Assembly: GCA_050613775.1 (NCBI GenBank)
Contig: JBODTK010000117.1
Span: 186,001 to 250,000 of the forward strand
Direction: 5' to 3'
DNA length: 64,000 nt
Source of the DNA: Neocallimastix sp. 'constans'
Taxonomy: Eukaryota
The translations under genes were made by a program, and so were the position numbers. Below are positions 58,683 through 64,000 of the stretch, in pieces. The notes under the pieces were generated by a model. The model saw only the letters and a list, made by a program, of their open reading frames with translations, had not been told where the DNA came from and did not search any database. How positions within the stretch are numbered: position 1 is the stretch's first letter; each line of letters opens with the position of its first letter.

Positions 58683-59320
58683 ATGGAAGAAAATATAAAT
58701 ATCGAAATAAGTGAAACTAATAGAGAATAAGAACATATTATTATTAATTAAAAATGTAAATTTAATTTTTCATCAAAAAAAAAAAAAAAAAAAAAAGTTA
58801 TTCTAAAGTATATAGATATACTGAATATTAAACCTTAAACAAATGCAAGTCTTTCATTATTTTAAACTATAAGATAGAAATTTTAAAATATGAAAGTTAA
58901 CATTAATCGAAAAAAAATTTTTTTATTTTTGATGTATCTATGTCAATTGCAAAACATAAAATTAAAGATGAAATTACAAAAAGTTCAATTCCTCTGGGTA
59001 TAAAACCTAAACCTATATATAATGAAGTTTCACATGAAATGAGATTTACATGTCCTGAATATAATGAAATTAAATCCAAAATAAAAATAAGCAACTACCT
59101 CCTGATGTAACAAAGTTTGATGAAATTCCTAATGAATCAAAATATTATAAAGCATTAAGAAAAGGAAATTTTATGATATTCAAAAATCCAAATTTTATAA
59201 TCTTCCATTTCCAATTTCAAGCAAAATTATTTTTGAAATATAATGAAGATATATTTGCAGATGATCCATATTACACATAAATTTAGTTATCAAGTGTTTA
59301 TTACTAGAACTTATATTAAA
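58683..59320 (+). pseudogene. Relic of a Mutator/MULE-like transposase (N-terminal part)
   Basis: Frameshifted coding relic reading MEENINIEISETNR..., CKSFIILN, IKPKPIYNEVSHEM..CPEYNEIKS, PDVTKFDEIP and NFMIFKNPN...QAKLFLKYNEDIFAD. It breaks at the expected first catalytic D(GTF) of a MULE domain. Recognition only. Confidence 0.6.
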
Positions 59321-59354
59321 GATTTAAATAGTTTTTATACTACTACTTTTTTAT

Positions 59355-59432
59355 AGAATATTTTATTTTTAAAGAATATTTTATTTTTAAAGAATATTTT
59401 ATTTTTAAAGAATATTTTATTTTTAAAGAATA
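59355..59432. repeat. 18-bp tandem repeat (AGAATATTTTATTTTTAA) x4
   Basis: Directly visible. Confidence 0.85.
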
Positions 59433-60229
59433 TATTATTTATATATTTATAAGAAATTTTTTAAAAAAAATTTTTTTTATAATTTTTAAAATATATAAAC
59501 CTTTTTAATTTTTAAATGATTATATATCTAATGAAAAATATTTTAAAAAAAATATTTAATTTTTTTTTTTTTAAAAAAATATTTGTAGTTTTTTATTAAA
59601 ATTATTTATTTATTAATTTTATTTAAAAATATTTTTAAACGCCACATATTTCGAAATGCAATCATCTCACATCATAAATATGAAGTTTAATATTTCAAAG
59701 AAAAAAAAAAAGGATAATAAAATATTACAAAATATTACAAATTATATATATTAAAAGATTTAGATAAATAAATTAAATTAAACTTTAATTAATTATGAAG
59801 TATTGTTTTGTTAATATAATCTTTACCATTAATAAATCTTATTTTATATATTTTTGTAATTAAGAAGTCATATAAGTCATATTAATTTAAATTATTAAAT
59901 TTTTATTTTTTTGTCAATTTATAATCTTAAATAATAATTATAAAGCATTAATAATAAAAAAAAAAAAAAAGTATTTAAGAGAATAAAATTCTTCTTTTTA
60001 TTATTTATATAATAAAAAAAAAAAAAAAAAAAAAAAAATATTTAAGAGAATAAAATTATTTTTTTTATTCATTAAATATATAATAACTATTCAAAAATCT
60101 AATTTATATAATTATATTTAATAATAATATAATATATTAATTATTACATTGAATTATAAAATTATTATTAAATAATAAAGTTTATATATAATTTTATTTA
60201 AAAAAAAATATATACATATATACAAAAAA

Positions 60230-62362
60230 ATGAAAGCTTTATTATTTATTACGTTAATATGTAATCATTTTTTTTTTAATATTCTGTATAAATGTTTATT
60301 AATATTATTACATTACGAAGTTTCTTTTACTAATAAATATTACTATTTTTTATATTTATTTTTTTTTTTTTTTTAAAAAAAATAAAAAAAGTAATTAATA
60401 TTGTATGGGCTACAAGCTCATACTTAAATGGTTTAAGTAGATCTTTTGATGAAGCTGAAAATAAAATAGTTGATCTATTTGTATCTATGCCTTCATCAGA
60501 AGTTAATAATCTAGTTAAAATAACTCAAATTTCCACTAATCAAGTACAAATGGGTGCTGGAAACATTAAAGATTTTAAATACTTGAATACTACAATTATT
60601 ATTAAATGGGATGGGTATGTAATAAAATTTTTATTAATAATTTTATTATATAGTATTAATTTTTTTTATTTAATATTTTGTTTAATAATTTTAAAATTAT
60701 AGTAAAGAAAAAAAATTTGAAAATTCTAGTTTTAAAACTGGTGGTATGTATGCACGTCAAAATGATAAAGTTAGCTTTAATATAAAATTAGAAAAAAAGT
60801 TTTTAGGACGTAAAAATATTAGACTCAGACCAGATGCTAATGATAAAAGTCACCTTCGTTCTAAACTTTGTTGTGATATTGCTAATAGAATGGGAGTCCC
60901 ATCTATTCAAGCCGTTTATGCTAGACTATATATGAATGATGAATATTGGGGCTTATATGTTTTAATGGATGCTATTAAACCATCATGGATTAAACAAACT
61001 TTTAATCCAAGTGAAAAAGAAATCACTACTTTATTTCAATGTAAAAATGGTGGTATGAATTTAAAACAAAATTCTGCCAATAAATGTGTCAATGCTAATG
61101 ATGATTATCAAGAAATGTCTGTTTTACAAAATTTTGTTAAAGAAATTAATCAATGTAAAACTGCTGATGAAGTTGAAAATATTATGGATGTTGATATATT
61201 TTTAAAATTTATGGCTATGGAATGGTTAATTGGTTCATTTGATCATTTCTTAGTTTATGGTCATAATTTCTACTTTTATAAGAGAGAAACAGATGGAAAA
61301 TGGCTCATTATAGAACATGACTATGATAACACTTTTGGTACTGGCGTTAAAGCTTCTTTATGGGCTAGTAAGGGTCCAAATCAAGATGGTAGTAGTAACA
61401 ACGACAACAACAATAATAACAGATCTCAAGAAGGAGGTCCACAAGCTGGTGGTCCCCAAGCTGGTGGCCCCCAAGCCGGAAGAGGGGGTAATTTTGGTAA
61501 CTTTGGTAATTTTGGTAATTTTGGTAACTTTGGTAACTTTGGTGGTAATAACAGTTATAGAGGAAATAATCCAATTGAATATACTTTTGCTGATTGGGAA
61601 ATGAATATTCCAATTATTAATGTTTTAGTTCATAAAAACAAAGAGAAATTTACTAGTATCGTACGTGAAGTTTTAGTTTCTGCCTTCAACCCAACTTTAT
61701 TAGATAATCATATTAGTGAATTAAAGGAATTTCTTACTCCATATGTTGAAGAAGATAGTACTCCAGGTAAAGATGGTCGTCTTCCAGGAAGAATTAATAA
61801 AGTAGGTAAACAAAATAAAGTTTCTATTAGTGAATTTGAAGACAACATTGAAAGCAGTGTAAAGATGTGGATCAAAACTAAATTTGAAATTGCTTGTAGT
61901 AATTATGGTTTTAATCAAACTGAAATTTTAAATGAAGCAGCTAGTTATGTTCCAAAACCATTTGATTATACTAGTTATGGTTTAGGAAAGGAAAAGAAAG
62001 ACAAAGAAAATGAAGATAATGAAAAGGAACAAGAAAATAAGGATAAAGAAAAGGAAGAAGATATTAATAAAAATGAAGAAGATTGTTGGTCTGAGAAATT
62101 AGGATATAGTTGTTGTCAAAAAACATGTAAGATTAAGTACACTGATACAGATGGTAAATGGGGTATTGAAAATAATCAGTGGTGTGGTATTATTGATAGT
62201 ATTTGTGAAGTTCCAACTAAAAATGAAAATGAATGTTTTGGCGAGATATCTGGAGAATATAAATGTTGTGAAAGTTGTAAAGTTTGGTACACTGATGAAC
62301 AAGGCGATTGGGGTGTTGAAAATAATGATTGGTGTTCCATTAAATATTCATGTTCCAAATAA
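60230..62362 (+). CDS. cotH: Secreted CotH-family kinase with two C-terminal fungal dockerin (CBM10-type) domains
   Basis: Exons 60230-60260, 60392-60614 and 60703-62362 give signal peptide MKALLFITLILINIVWA. CotH motifs are FKTGGMYAR, KVSFNIK, LRSKL, ARLYMNDEYWGLYVLMD, DHF..GHNFYFY and HDYD. The dockerins read CWSEKLGYSCC..YTDTDGKWGIENNQWC and YKCC..YTDEQGDWGVENNDWC. Confidence 0.92.
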
Positions 62363-62715
62363 GACAAGAATAGTAATATATAATGCTGTGGAGGGTTATT
62401 TTAAATATGATATTATTTTTAATTGCTCCCAGTAAAGCGAAAATGATTTTTACTTCTTTGTCATGTCTTTAAATGGACTGACAAGAACGAAATTTCATTT
62501 AGAATAAATATATAAATGTGAAACTAATACATATTATTAATTACAACAATAATAAAAGTAAAAAATAATTGTTTAATTAATTAAAAAAAAAGGTTTTATA
62601 TAACAATTGTATATTTTCTTCAATTCAATAAATTCAATAACCAAATTATGTATATTTAAATATTTCATATAAAAATTTTTAATTATTTATTTTATAAAAA
62701 AATCATCATTGTTAA

Positions 62716-62764
<49 letters not shown>

Positions 62765-64000
62765 AAAAAATTTTACAATAAAATGAATTTATTTTACATA
62801 TTATTGCTTCATTCTTATGACTTTTATGTAGGATATAATATGATTAACATGATTTACATGATTATCAATATATTTATTACATATTTATTTCATATTAATA
62901 TAGTATTATAGTAATAAATAAATAAATAAAATTTTTTATTTATAAAAAATTACTCATAATAATAATAATAATATATTATTAAAATAAATATATGATAAAT
63001 ATAATGAAATTAAATTAATTAAAATTATAAAACAAATATACTTTTAATATGAAAATTAAGAAAAATTAAAAAAAAAAAAAAAAGAAATAATTGAAATATT
63101 TTATTATTTAATTTAATATAGTATTCATTATAAAAAAGAGGAACTGTGTTATTTGCTATAAAACAAATAACAAGATATTTATTGGTTTAAATTCAATTTA
63201 ATATATATAAACCATAAAAACTTTAAATAATAATAAATATTATAATATTTAATAGGATAATATGGTTAATTATAATTGTATAATTAAAGATTTATGTTTT
63301 AAGATAAATTAATTAAAAATTATTAAAAATCTTAATTTTTTTTAATTTAATGAGATTTATAAAATAATATTATATTTCTAATACATAAATTTATAAAATA
63401 CTAAATTAATACAATATTATGAAATATTATTCATCATAAAAAAATAATTAATATTAAACTTTATTTTTAACAAAATATATTAATAAACCATAATTATTAT
63501 TAAATAAACCACTCACTAAATATGTCATACAAAATGTATATTAAATGACATTAATACTATTATTAATAATTATTTAATATATAAAAAATCAATAAAAATC
63601 TCTTTGTATTTTTTGATGCATTAGAACTTATATATATATATATATTTAATTTTGTTTTTAGTATTTTTTCTTTTATTTATAAATTTAATATCATTCTTTT
63701 CTATTATAGTTTTTTATTTTTTCTTTTTATTTTATTGTATTATTTTAGTTTATTATTATTATTATTATTTTTATTATTACCATTATTATTACCATTATTA
63801 TTACTATAACTATTATTTTTATTATAAATTATTTTTTTAATTATAGGTAATTCCATTATTTTCCTTTATATAGTTGTTACTATTATCATAATAATTTAAA
63901 TTAGATGAAAATGACTATAATTGTAATATATAAAATTTTATTATAATATTTATTGTTTAGTAATTAATTATTACCATGTAAATTTTCAAATGAATTAGTT

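Overview
Eukaryotic, extremely AT-rich genomic DNA with many spliceosomal introns. It most likely comes from an anaerobic gut fungus (Neocallimastigomycota). That is an inference from a CotH protein carrying two fungal dockerin (CBM10-type) domains, a beta-helix/EGF/class C 7TM receptor, and flagellar genes. I can support eight protein-coding genes, six of them spliced and reconstructed by hand from GT-AG sites and phase continuity: CCDC42/CFAP73-like, CFAP77-like, a ~974-aa acidic coiled-coil protein, an F-box-like orphan, Cut8/STS1, a secreted GH114, a 23-exon class C GPCR-like receptor, and CotH-dockerin. Mobile DNA includes a decayed Ty1/copia element with both LTRs, a solo LTR of the same family with a 5-bp TSD, a LINE-like 3' fragment and a MULE transposase relic. 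Most short ORFs in the track are low-complexity artefacts. The least explained signals are non-coding GC-elevated islands, above all a sharply bounded, hairpin-rich ~285-bp island at 45601-45885 that matches no RNA family I recognise. I cannot confirm a new biological system from sequence alone.
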